Origin: Paramoeba atlantica
Taxonomy: Eukaryota > Protista > Discosea
Reading direction: 5' to 3'
Length of the DNA: 64,000 bases
Assembly (NCBI GenBank): GCA_977017575.1
Contig: CDRNVI010000026.1
Coordinates: forward strand, 248,001-312,000
Shown here: positions 47,844 through 57,507 of the stretch, piece after piece
Layout of the letters: every line of letters starts with the position of its first letter
Position numbering within the stretch: position 1 is the first letter of the stretch
Notes under the pieces: generated by a model
Told to the model about the DNA's origin: nothing
The model's database searches: none
What the model saw: only the letters and a program-made list of their open reading frames with translations
Program-made: the position numbers and the translations under genes

Positions 47844-48842
47844 ATGTCGCCTTGGGTACTCTACAACCCCTCCACGTGCATTGTGCAAATTAAAATAGCG
47901 CTTGACGGCCTTAGCCCACCGATCTGGCGACGCGTGCTGATGGATGACTACGACTCACTCGGTGTTCTCCATGAGGTCATTCAACGTGTAATGCCTTGGA
48001 ACGACGGCCATTGTCATTGTTTTACTATCCTAAATGAGTACTACGAGCGCAATCCAATGACCGAAATCCGTGAGGCGAGACGTGAGGAAGATTACATGCT
48101 TCAAACGGTGATCTCATGGGGGGTGAAAAAATTTAAGTACTCGTATGACTATGGCGATTCTTGGGAACACACGATTGAGATTGAAAAAACCCTTCCGATG
48201 GATCCCTCTCTTCGCTATCCGGTCTGCATAAAGGGGAAATATGGATGTCCTCCGGATGACTGCGGGGGTACCGATGGGTACATAGGTATGCTCCAAACAC
48301 TGCGCGCACCGGGTGATTCAGAGGAAAAACAAGAATATTTGGAATGGTTGGGGGGGCCCTTTGATCCGTTTGTATTTGACATGGACCAGGCGAATGAGCG
48401 CCTGGAAGAACTTCGGCCAAGGCGACGTGCTCCCAAAGAATCTGGCCCGAAGAAAACAAAGTCCACCACGTCTGGAAAGAGCAAGCTCTCGAAGAAAGGC
48501 ACACAGACCAAAGAGAAGCAGTCCGATGAAAAGGTAAAAGGCAAGAAAAATGTGAAGGCAACTAAAACGAAACCAAAAGCAGGTGAAAAGGCTAAAAATG
48601 TCGAGAAAAAGACGACAACTGCGTCAAAGGGAAGGGCCAAAAAGACAAGCACGACTTCCAGTACACAACAGAAAGCGAAATCGAACAAGAAACGGGAGAG
48701 CAAGCCCAAAACGAAGAGGGGAAAAGCGAGTACCGTTGGTAAGCGCGAACGCGTAGAACGTAAGCAAACGGCGGCGCAGAAAAAGAACTCGAAAGTGAAG
48801 CGAGTTTCTTCCAGCATTAAAAAGGGCACTTCACGGAAATAA
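47844..48842 (+). CDS. pRiA4b ORF-3-like (MM3350-like) domain protein with Lys-rich H1-like C-terminal tail
   Basis: QIKIALDGLSPPIWRRVLM, LHEVIQRVMPWNDGHCHCF, YSYDYGDSWEHTIEIE, YPVCIKG..GCPPDDCGG..GY, EWLGG.FDP..FD: canonical motifs of the family. The last ~140 aa are K/S/T/R-rich. Confidence 0.85.
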   Translation: MSPWVLYNPSTCIVQIKIALDGLSPPIWRRVLMDDYDSLGVLHEVIQRVMPWNDGHCHCFTILNEYYERNPMTEIREARREEDYMLQTVISWGVKKFKYSYDYGDSWEHTIEIEKTLPMDPSLRYPVCIKGKYGCPPDDCGGTDGYIGMLQTLRAPGDSEEKQEYLEWLGGPFDPFVFDMDQANERLEELRPRRRAPKESGPKKTKSTTSGKSKLSKKGTQTKEKQSDEKVKGKKNVKATKTKPKAGEKAKNVEKKTTTASKGRAKKTSTTSSTQQKAKSNKKRESKPKTKRGKASTVGKRERVERKQTAAQKKNSKVKRVSSSIKKGTSRK

Positions 48843-49343
48843 TTTTTACACTTCTTTTTCAAGCATTTCTATATTTTTCTGTACAGTACAGTATAAGTTT
48901 AGAGGTTTTATATAGTAGTAGATTTAATACTTTAGTGGCCTATAGCATAGTTTACCTACCCTGTAGTAACCTAGTACAGGTAAGCACGATAGGTATTTAT
49001 ATCATAGGACCTCACGGGTCTATTTTGAGCTTAAAAAGATTGTTAGAGTGAGAAGGGCACAACACTCCTTGTTGGAAACGATGTCATTCTTGAAAAGAGG
49101 AAAGACCAAAACAAGGAAAAGAAATAAAATCGCGGAAGACGTCTACTGAAACGCGTTTTCTTGACAGAATTTCATGAAAGCGTAGTGTTGAGCTTTCACT
49201 GGCAAACATCAGACATATTAAATTGTTGTACGCATCATAAAAACATTTTAAGCACAGGCGTACATCTCAATACCCAAATAATCAACCAAATAGTCAACAC
49301 CTCTTTCAAAAACGATTAAAAGGTTTCTATTATCACTTCTGCT

Positions 49344-51020
49344 ATGCATTTTATACCCTCTTTTTGTGACGATGCACAGCCACCGTCACGGCGATCTTCT
49401 TCACCCGGATTACACAAAACACCTGCTACTGCTGTTGGCAAAGTTCACTCCTACGCCCTCCCGGTGGTATACGACCTCGCACGTCTGGTGGAACACATCA
49501 GCAACCCCCACCCCTCGTGGACCTTAGAGACGCCCCCCTGTTCGTGGGATGGGGTCACGTGCGATCCCCCCACCGGGGCTGTCACGGAGCTGCGCTGGAT
49601 GGATCGCGGATTACGTGCGAGAAATTTCTCCCTGCAACATCTTCCTCGTACGCTGCATCTCGTGGATCTCTCTGGCAACAATCTACGGGGTACGGTGCTG
49701 CTGAACGCGCTGCCAGATACCTTGCGAGAGCTTGTGATGGACAGAAATCTTTTGCATGGCGAAATCGATTTGTGTGACCTTTCGGAGGCCTTGGAACGGT
49801 TGAGCTTGGCGCATAACCAGTTTCAGGGTTCCGTAGAACTTGCCTCACTTCCTCCTCACTTGCGTATTCTGTGCTTAAATGAAAACGCGTTCGAGGGAGA
49901 AATTGCTTTGGGGAAGCTCCCTAATACGCTCGAAGGCATGGATCTGTCGGAGAATCAATTCCATGGGACCTGCGTACTTGATATGTTTCCTCCTTCTCTT
50001 AAGAGTTTGAGACTAAGCAAAAATAAATTGTCGGGCAATTTGTATTTTGAAGCCCTTCCGCGCGGACTCGAGGATCTAGTGATCAATGAAAATAAATTTC
50101 AAGCAGAATTAAAATTCCAGAACTTACCTCCCGCACTCCGTTGTCTTCAATTGGAAAATAACCAATTTTCGGGTCACATTGACACGTCAAGTTTTCCGAA
50201 TGAAATACAACTTGTTTTACTGTACAGCAATCTCTTTACAGGGCAGTTTCTTTTTGAATCCCTTCCTAATTTGCAGTATCTTTCCCTCGCGCATAATAAA
50301 GTGACAGGTAAAGTGCCTCCTAATGTACCTCTTCCGGAGGTTGAAATGCTAAACCTCCATAAATGCGATTTCGAAGGTCCATTCGATATGACGACTCTCC
50401 CGCCCACCTTGAAGTTCTTACTTCTCTATGGGAATCGCTTTGATGGACAGCTCGACCTAAATCATTTGCCGTTGGAGATACAGATGCTCAACGCGGCACA
50501 TAACCAGTTTACTGGGTCTATTTCCTTGGACCAACTACCCGTTGGATTGAACGAACTACGCCTTGGGGGTAATAATTTAGATGGTACGCTGCTGCTTACG
50601 CACCTTCCAGACTCCTTGGAGCATCTTCACCTGCAAGAAAATTTATTTACAGGAGAAATAGATCTTTCTGCGCTTCCTGAGAGGCTAAAAAGTGTACGAC
50701 TCCATCAAAATGCGCTCACAGGAGCTGTACATAGTGAGAATCTCCCAGAATCTCTCGAGGAATTATCCCTTCATAGTACTTTCCTCCACGTATGCATCGA
50801 CAAATATCACCATCCCCCCAATCTGGATATTTCCCCAATCTTGGAGACCACCGTTTGGGTATTAGACAAAGCGGGGAAGGTGTGCCGCGTTCCTTTCAAG
50901 GGTTCTAAACACTGCTTAATGGTATGGGATGTGCAAGGCTCCAGCACTGCGGAAGAAATACAGCATCGGTACGGTGAGTTCCTTTTTGATCAAGATTACG
51001 TGGAAGAGGAAGCCCTGTAG
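49344..51020 (+). CDS. Long LRR protein (~17 repeats), paralog 13
   Basis: GKVHSYALPVVYDL motif, W..ETPPCSWDGVTC cap, long 23-aa repeat array. Confidence 0.9.
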   Translation: MHFIPSFCDDAQPPSRRSSSPGLHKTPATAVGKVHSYALPVVYDLARLVEHISNPHPSWTLETPPCSWDGVTCDPPTGAVTELRWMDRGLRARNFSLQHLPRTLHLVDLSGNNLRGTVLLNALPDTLRELVMDRNLLHGEIDLCDLSEALERLSLAHNQFQGSVELASLPPHLRILCLNENAFEGEIALGKLPNTLEGMDLSENQFHGTCVLDMFPPSLKSLRLSKNKLSGNLYFEALPRGLEDLVINENKFQAELKFQNLPPALRCLQLENNQFSGHIDTSSFPNEIQLVLLYSNLFTGQFLFESLPNLQYLSLAHNKVTGKVPPNVPLPEVEMLNLHKCDFEGPFDMTTLPPTLKFLLLYGNRFDGQLDLNHLPLEIQMLNAAHNQFTGSISLDQLPVGLNELRLGGNNLDGTLLLTHLPDSLEHLHLQENLFTGEIDLSALPERLKSVRLHQNALTGAVHSENLPESLEELSLHSTFLHVCIDKYHHPPNLDISPILETTVWVLDKAGKVCRVPFKGSKHCLMVWDVQGSSTAEEIQHRYGEFLFDQDYVEEEAL

Positions 51021-51070
51021 AAAAAAACTTTTAAGAGGCGAACGCACAGCAAAAAAATCGGCTACAGACT

Positions 51071-53860
51071 ACTTATATTGTACCCATATGATATTTTTAC
51101 TGCTTTTTCCACTTTTTACCCCCTTTTCGTCTATCTTAGCATTCAAATCAAATCAACAAACCTTGAATCACACCCCAATCTTCACTCTCTTCTTCAGAGT
51201 CATCTTCTGTCTCTTCATTGTCGTTGTCTTCGTCCCTTTCTACTTCTTTCCTTTCCACTTCATCTTTTACGGACTTCAGAGCCAACAAAAGAGCGCGGAA
51301 GCGTTCTTGCCAGCTTGCGTTCTTAAAAAACAGCGTGTACAATGAAACAACTTCATCAGCCTTATGCGGATGCATTGAGAGTCTTCCTTGCTTTCATATT
51401 CCCCTCTTTACAGAAGAGTGGCACGACTCGGCATTGTTCGTATGTATTCCCTCCTTTGTAACAAAACGATATTTACCTTTTGTGCTATGGTTCACGACTC
51501 GATGATCTCTTACGGCATTTAATCCACGGTACGCCCGCCAAGCATCTGTGTTTACGATCGTGCGGTAGCTGTCCACTGTGTGCTTTTTCACAAAATTTTG
51601 TAAAGTAGTCCTGTCCCTTTTTTCAACGCGCTTCCATACAGGGGGGGCCACGAAAACTGACAAGGTCCGCATTTTAGCGTCCTGAGGCAGTTTGAGCTGA
51701 TTTTTGTTGCAAACGAGAGATCTCGTTCTGAATATCGTGTCTACGCTATTTAAAATACAAAAACGTTCGCCGGAAAACATTTCCAATGAGTTACAAAAGT
51801 GAAATTTTAAAGATTTTGCAAATTGAAAAACGGGTCTAAAATTCGTAATTTTTAGCGTACGTACCACGGCCCAAAAAGTACCCAGAAAGTAGGTCTTAAT
51901 AGCCAGTATTCCCACCTCCACGCTCACGTAGTATAGCGAGGCGCGTGGGAAGACTCTTTAGCGTATTCACATACGCCTCGTGACATTCGTTCAACAAATA
52001 TTCCTTGGCCTTTGGAATAGCCGCTTGTAATTCTTTTCGATTCTGTGGACCGAGATGGCTGTGGATGTACTTATCCATCATACTCCACAAATTCTCAATC
52101 AAATTGAGATCAGGAGATTTCGAAGGCCAATCAATAATTTTGATGTCTTCCAACTATTCTCCTGGCTTCCCCATGCCCTGGGCGTTGTCAAGGATAATTG
52201 TAGCCCCGGGGCGGCGATGCATCCAGTTGAAAAACCCATTTCGTTTTTTCATTGCATTCAAAAAGACCTCATTTGTAACAGTTTCATTTTGTGCGAACTC
52301 ATGGAAACACGCATCAGGCACTTCCCAACGGAGACTGGTGGCCATGAATACATGAACTCCTTTCCCCCCATACCACCTATCTAATTGTACTGGTGTTTCC
52401 TTGGGGGGGTCAGTCATTTTTGCAAGGTACGTATTTTTTTGTGATCCGCATCGAAAGATTTTTTCGTTGCACCACACAATACGAGACAGCTGATCTGGGC
52501 TGAATCCCTCAAAGTAATCAGCAAGTTGTAGTCTAGCAGCCTTGTGCTCAGCTGTTAAAAAAGGCTTGTGCGACATCGTCTTAATGACGTATCCCATCTT
52601 TTTCAAACTCCGTTTCACGGTGTTTAGATTACATGGATAAAGTACTTTATCCACTCTCTTATGTACCCATTTAAACCCCGGACACCCGAATTGTGTGTCT
52701 CGCTCAGCATCAACAATAGCACAGAGCATGGCTCGGAACTCCTCCGTATCAACGCCGTTATCGCGCGAGTAGGGTGCACTTGCCACGTCACCTGACTCAT
52801 CGAAACGCGCTTTGTACCGAGAGACAGAGCTCTCTGAACAGTTCATCATACGTGCCGTATCCGGAATAGATGTCCCACGGTGTCTTTCGTGTGCGCAGAC
52901 AATGCGCACAGGATATGAACACTGTTCTGGTGATAGCTGGCGACGGTTTAGTCTATTCCGTTTGCCCATAGTAAGGTAAAAAGAAGAAAAAATAGCCTTT
53001 TTTACGTTTTTCGATACTTTTTGCAAAATATTTTGCCCAAAATTTCAATATTTTGTAAATATATTTTTTTTTATTAGCAGAAACGGGCTCCAAATAGCGT
53101 AGACACGATATTCAGAACGAGATCTCTCGTTTGCAACAAAAATCAGCTCAAACGGCCTCAGGACGCTAAAATGCGGACCTTGTCAGTTTTCGTGGCCCCC
53201 CCTGTATAGTACGGCCACAACTACCATCTCTTTCGATCCCAGTAATTGTAGCCATGTAAAAAGATCTTTTTCTCACTCGGCATCACCGATGATACTTCCG
53301 TGGAAAAAGATAGGTTTCATCAACTGCGCACCTAGAGAGCTTGATTTCCTCGTTGCGTTTCAGTACGGCCTTATGAATCCATAGCAGAAGTTGTTTTTTC
53401 CATTTGAAAACAGTACGTCGGGCTACCTTACACTGTGAGGCCAGACTTGCCATTTCGACCCGTTGACAAAGTTTGATCCAAAACATGAATTTCATTTCAG
53501 GCTTTTTTGTTTCGAAGAAAAAAAAGGTGCGAGCCTAGTAAGGCGTTTCCTGCATTTAGCACCACAATTTCTGCGCCAGCAAATGGACAATGAGGGATTC
53601 GACTTGTGAGGAGTGCCAGGTAATTTATGTGTAGGGCATTTATCTTGTCGCACTATTCCATGAGATACCAGGAAAGACACAAAATTATCAGGGATATCTC
53701 CAGCATGCTTGAATCGGAGAATGCACCGAAGATCGGAACGAGCATTTATTGGACAAAAATATGTAGGATAGATGTACAGAGCCAAAAAATTAACATTAGC
53801 AAAAAGATGCGACAAAATACAAAAAAAATAAAAAAACCAAATTTTGGGTACAATATAAGT
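51071..53860 (-). mobile_element. Merlin element interrupted by a Tc1-like insertion
   Basis: 16-bp TIR ACTTATATTGTACCCA / TGGGTACAATATAAGT. Transposase motifs AVDETYLFPRKYHR, NTDAWRAY, VVNH, GIHTNNAES. The frame rejoins across the TA site (GSCGRTI|WKRVEKRD). Confidence 0.85.
51639..53204 (-). mobile_element. Tc1/IS630-like element (1566 bp, ~112-bp TIRs, TA TSD) with inactivated transposase
   Basis: TA|CAGGGGGGGCCACGAAAAC ... GTTTTCGTGGCCCCCCCTG|TA. The ORF has an HTH, KPFLT..HK..RL, WCNE (first catalytic D changed to N), LDNA, a stop at 52154-52156 and WPSKSPDLNLIENLW. Confidence 0.9.
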
Positions 53861-54037
53861 TCTCATTGCCCAAAAAATCAATTAACAATTTATTTTCGTA
53901 TCAATTACTCAGTAATTCAATGATGTACGCAACATGACAAAGCTCTACTGCGGGTAAAGAACACTTAATAATACTAATAAAACACGTAATACGCTTCACT
54001 TTATTTTTCTACAATTTTGATATCCTGTGACACTTTT

Positions 54038-56242
54038 ATGACGCTCTTGTTCACTGCCTTGCTCGTACCACTGCTTGCTCATGATGAGCTGGATGTGTTA
54101 GACCGATTCACCCCTCAGCATCCTGATTTAGAATCACCACGATTCGAGCGCTTACGTAGGCAGCCCATGACAAGCCTGCAACGTTGGCAAACACAGCACA
54201 TGAATTTCAACACGCCGCTTTCCTGGGAATCGGATGACCCAAGTACGGAAGGCGACATCTCGGATGATTTCCAAGACGGTTTTCAAAAGTATCGCGGACA
54301 GACACTTCTGTACCGACTCTGGAACCGCATCGTCCATCTTTTCACCCCATGCTGTGAAACCGACCCCGGTCCCGACCCGATCCCCACAACGCCCTCCCGA
54401 AATCGAAAAACCAGCTGGAATTCGATTTCCGAACCTGTCTCGACCACTACCTTATACCCAACAACACAACCTTCCCTCTCAACCCCCACAAAATGCACAA
54501 CCCGCAGCCCTCTCTCGCAGGGCTACTGGGGAGAGGAGAACGCCGCGGTGCCCGTGCGGGACGACACGGTGCAACCCACACCCTCCCACGGCGCTCTCTC
54601 CCGCAATGCCTCCGTACTCCTTCTCGACCCCTTCGCCCCGATTGAGGTCGACTTCTCCGAGGATGCGGAACAAGAGGTTTCGGAGGAGGAAGAAGAAGAA
54701 GATGAAGACTATGAGGGGGAGGGGGGGGACGGCGACAACCACGAGCCCCCCTCTCATCGTCTCCGGGGGAGTAAGTCGGGACTCAGCGCTCCGCCCCCGC
54801 CCTCCTGGCTGGGCTACACCCTTCGCCGGTTCCTTCACTGGCTGCGGGACTTCCCGCGACGGTTCCATGCGTTTGCGATGGGACGGCGGTCGATGCCCGA
54901 GGACCACTACCGGGAACGTCCCGGGACCTCGTTTCTTGATTCGATGGGGTCGTGGTGTACACGACAGCCCGTGGGGAAGCCCCATAAAAAAAAGGGAAGG
55001 AGAAAACAACAAAAAGAAAGGGACCAAAACAAGAAAAAGGAGAAAAACGAGAAATCCGGGGATAGTTCTCCTTTTCAGGGGTATAACCCTTGGTATGAAA
55101 ACACCACAGAATCGGATTCCTCTTCCTCCTGTTCGTATTCTTCATCATCCTTCCACAATGCTGCTGCGGAGTCGCACTCCAAAAGCAGTACTCCTCCCCA
55201 TCGGCCTCTGCCCCATGAGGTCGCGATGGCCACCAAACACCCCCGGCAGTGTGCGCTGCACGTCGCACTGTGTCCGAAATCGGACCCGGCCACAAAAATC
55301 CCGTTTTCAACGAAGCAACAAGACGGGCTCTGGGATGCGCTCACCGGGGCGGCCCAGGTCCCCCGGGTGGTGGTCCCGGGGGAGAGCTTCGAGTGCTCGC
55401 GGTTTCACCCGAGAACGAACCCCGGGCGCCGACTGGTGTTGCGCGGGGGACACAAGAAACGGTTTCCTGGGCACCCGATCTTTTTGTCCGAAATCCCCGT
55501 GCTACGGGATTGGTGGGATGGACTGGAGGAGATGAACCCGTGCGCGATGACACGGGTGGCGGAGAGTCCAGAGCGTAAGCGTGAGGCGGGGGGTTGCGAT
55601 AAAAAAGAGGCATTGGAGGGGAAATCGGATTCCGGAGGGAGAGACACTGAGGTTTCATTTTCGGCCGTTTCGTCTTCATCGGGTGCAGCCTCGTCTTCGG
55701 GAGCGAGTTCATCTTCTGGGGAGGTGTCCGTTGAGGTTTTGTCTTCTGGGGCTTCTTCTTCTTTGTCTTCATCTTCTACAACGCCGCGTAAAGCATTCTG
55801 CTCCCCCCTCTCCCCGTCCTATCGAAGGCATCACACCAATCTCTACGGTAAACACACAACGGGAATATGTACGCTGGATATCCCTGCAACGCTGCAAAAG
55901 AAACTCGACCGGCACGTGAGGCGTCAAATTGCCATCCAGGGACAAATTACGCCCTTTGAGGCGTGGCTCCCCGGGGAGGAAACTAGCAAGGCAGGGAAGG
56001 GGGATAAAAAAGGGGAAAAGGAAAGGGAGGGACAGCAAGAAACTACTGGCTACTCTTCTTCCTCATCTTCCCCTCTTCCGTACTACCGACCGGTTCGTGC
56101 AGAAATCTTTGAAAGAGGATATCTGTGGGGGAAGGGCGAGAGCGTGTCAAATGGGGATCGCACGGGAACCTCCAGATATTACTTTCTGGTGTGTCCTTGT
56201 GTGTATGAGCCTGTGGTGGGTTTAATGCGGGGCGAAATGTAG
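54038..56242 (+). CDS. Hypothetical low-complexity protein (~734 aa)
   Basis: Long ORF with acidic, basic and Ser tracts and a hydrophobic N-terminus. No domain recognised. Confidence 0.65.
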   Translation: MTLLFTALLVPLLAHDELDVLDRFTPQHPDLESPRFERLRRQPMTSLQRWQTQHMNFNTPLSWESDDPSTEGDISDDFQDGFQKYRGQTLLYRLWNRIVHLFTPCCETDPGPDPIPTTPSRNRKTSWNSISEPVSTTTLYPTTQPSLSTPTKCTTRSPLSQGYWGEENAAVPVRDDTVQPTPSHGALSRNASVLLLDPFAPIEVDFSEDAEQEVSEEEEEEDEDYEGEGGDGDNHEPPSHRLRGSKSGLSAPPPPSWLGYTLRRFLHWLRDFPRRFHAFAMGRRSMPEDHYRERPGTSFLDSMGSWCTRQPVGKPHKKKGRRKQQKERDQNKKKEKNEKSGDSSPFQGYNPWYENTTESDSSSSCSYSSSSFHNAAAESHSKSSTPPHRPLPHEVAMATKHPRQCALHVALCPKSDPATKIPFSTKQQDGLWDALTGAAQVPRVVVPGESFECSRFHPRTNPGRRLVLRGGHKKRFPGHPIFLSEIPVLRDWWDGLEEMNPCAMTRVAESPERKREAGGCDKKEALEGKSDSGGRDTEVSFSAVSSSSGAASSSGASSSSGEVSVEVLSSGASSSLSSSSTTPRKAFCSPLSPSYRRHHTNLYGKHTTGICTLDIPATLQKKLDRHVRRQIAIQGQITPFEAWLPGEETSKAGKGDKKGEKEREGQQETTGYSSSSSSPLPYYRPVRAEIFERGYLWGKGESVSNGDRTGTSRYYFLVCPCVYEPVVGLMRGEM

Positions 56243-56814
56243 AGCAGGATGAATGGAGAGATGCGATAGCATGGGTTACGAGACACTTGTATTGGTGTAT
56301 TGGTCATTAGCAATGCTGTACTACCTTAATATCGATATCTTGTAGGACGTCACGTAACTTTTTACACGTTCTGTTCTTCCATTTTGATATGGTCGCACAA
56401 GGATCGCAAAGACTTGGCCAACTTTTCTATGAGGTCGCTAGCAATTGCTTTTCTCTTTTTCCCCATTGCAAAGTCCAATGCTCCGAGTAAGGTTCCGCGT
56501 TCTTCGGAAGAATGGTCAGACTTTGTTTTGGTCAGACTTTGTTTTGGTCGGACTTTGCTTTGGTGGACATTGTTGCGTGACGCAGATTTCATATTACCAC
56601 GTCGCCTTGGAGACGCGCTGAGCGTGATCATGACGAAAATAGTATAAAGAATGCTACGTACAACGGCTAATAAGGCATTTTTAGCATATTTTGTATTCAC
56701 ATTATTTACGTCGCAAAGCCTTCCATATTTCTTTCTTCTAGTTTTTTGTTTTTGTATTTACTTTTAGTACAGCTCAGAATAATGTCGAAGGTGGTATCTT
56801 GAAATCGCTAAATC

Positions 56815-57279
56815 ATGTTACACAAGAGGCTCATAACGCTTCCGTCCAAATCCGAGGTTGCGTTAGGCGCCTGCGTGATATCCTTTGCCATGCTCGTCCG
56901 GTACGGTTATCGTTTAGCTCAACAGAAACATTTTTCTGAAACAAACCCTGATCCCTTGCCTTTTGTAACATCGTCCTACAAATACTCAACAAACGAGGTA
57001 CTTAACAACAGCGAAACTTCACCAACTACTGTAGAAATTATAAAGGAGGTCCTCTCCAAGGACGCTCATGACATCCAGGATTCTGAATTCGAGCCAGATA
57101 CAGGTATGGAAGAATTCAGTGAGTATTCCGACACAATAGACAGTATGCTGGGCGCTGGCTGGGATTCTCCTTGGGATTTGGATTGGATGATGTTACAAAA
57201 TAATATGGAGTTCTCAGAATCTGATTCGTTTCCGTACGATGGGATTGCAGATGGGCACCTCATTGAGGAAATCGAATAA
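56815..57279 (+). CDS. Small hypothetical protein with N-terminal hydrophobic segment and acidic tail
   Basis: 154-aa ORF on the cluster strand with VALGACVISFAMLVRY. Confidence 0.55.
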   Translation: MLHKRLITLPSKSEVALGACVISFAMLVRYGYRLAQQKHFSETNPDPLPFVTSSYKYSTNEVLNNSETSPTTVEIIKEVLSKDAHDIQDSEFEPDTGMEEFSEYSDTIDSMLGAGWDSPWDLDWMMLQNNMEFSESDSFPYDGIADGHLIEEIE

Positions 57280-57507
57280 GCGGTATCCAGCATGATGAAT
57301 CAAGTCACACAGCACGTACCATGCCCAGTCGACATGTGCCCATGCATATCTTTATCGTAATAATACCCAAATATTAATCTAGGATTATGTTGTACACGTC
57401 AACTTCAATTTTCACCTTTTCGTACTCCTTTTTTGTCTTCTCACACACACTTATTTCACCTTTATCAACGAATAGCATCTTTTTTAACCCACCTCACAAC
57501 CGACACC

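Noticed and set aside
56362-56700. Minus-strand 112-aa gene
   Set aside because: It is opposite to the cluster strand and has no motif; left uncalled.
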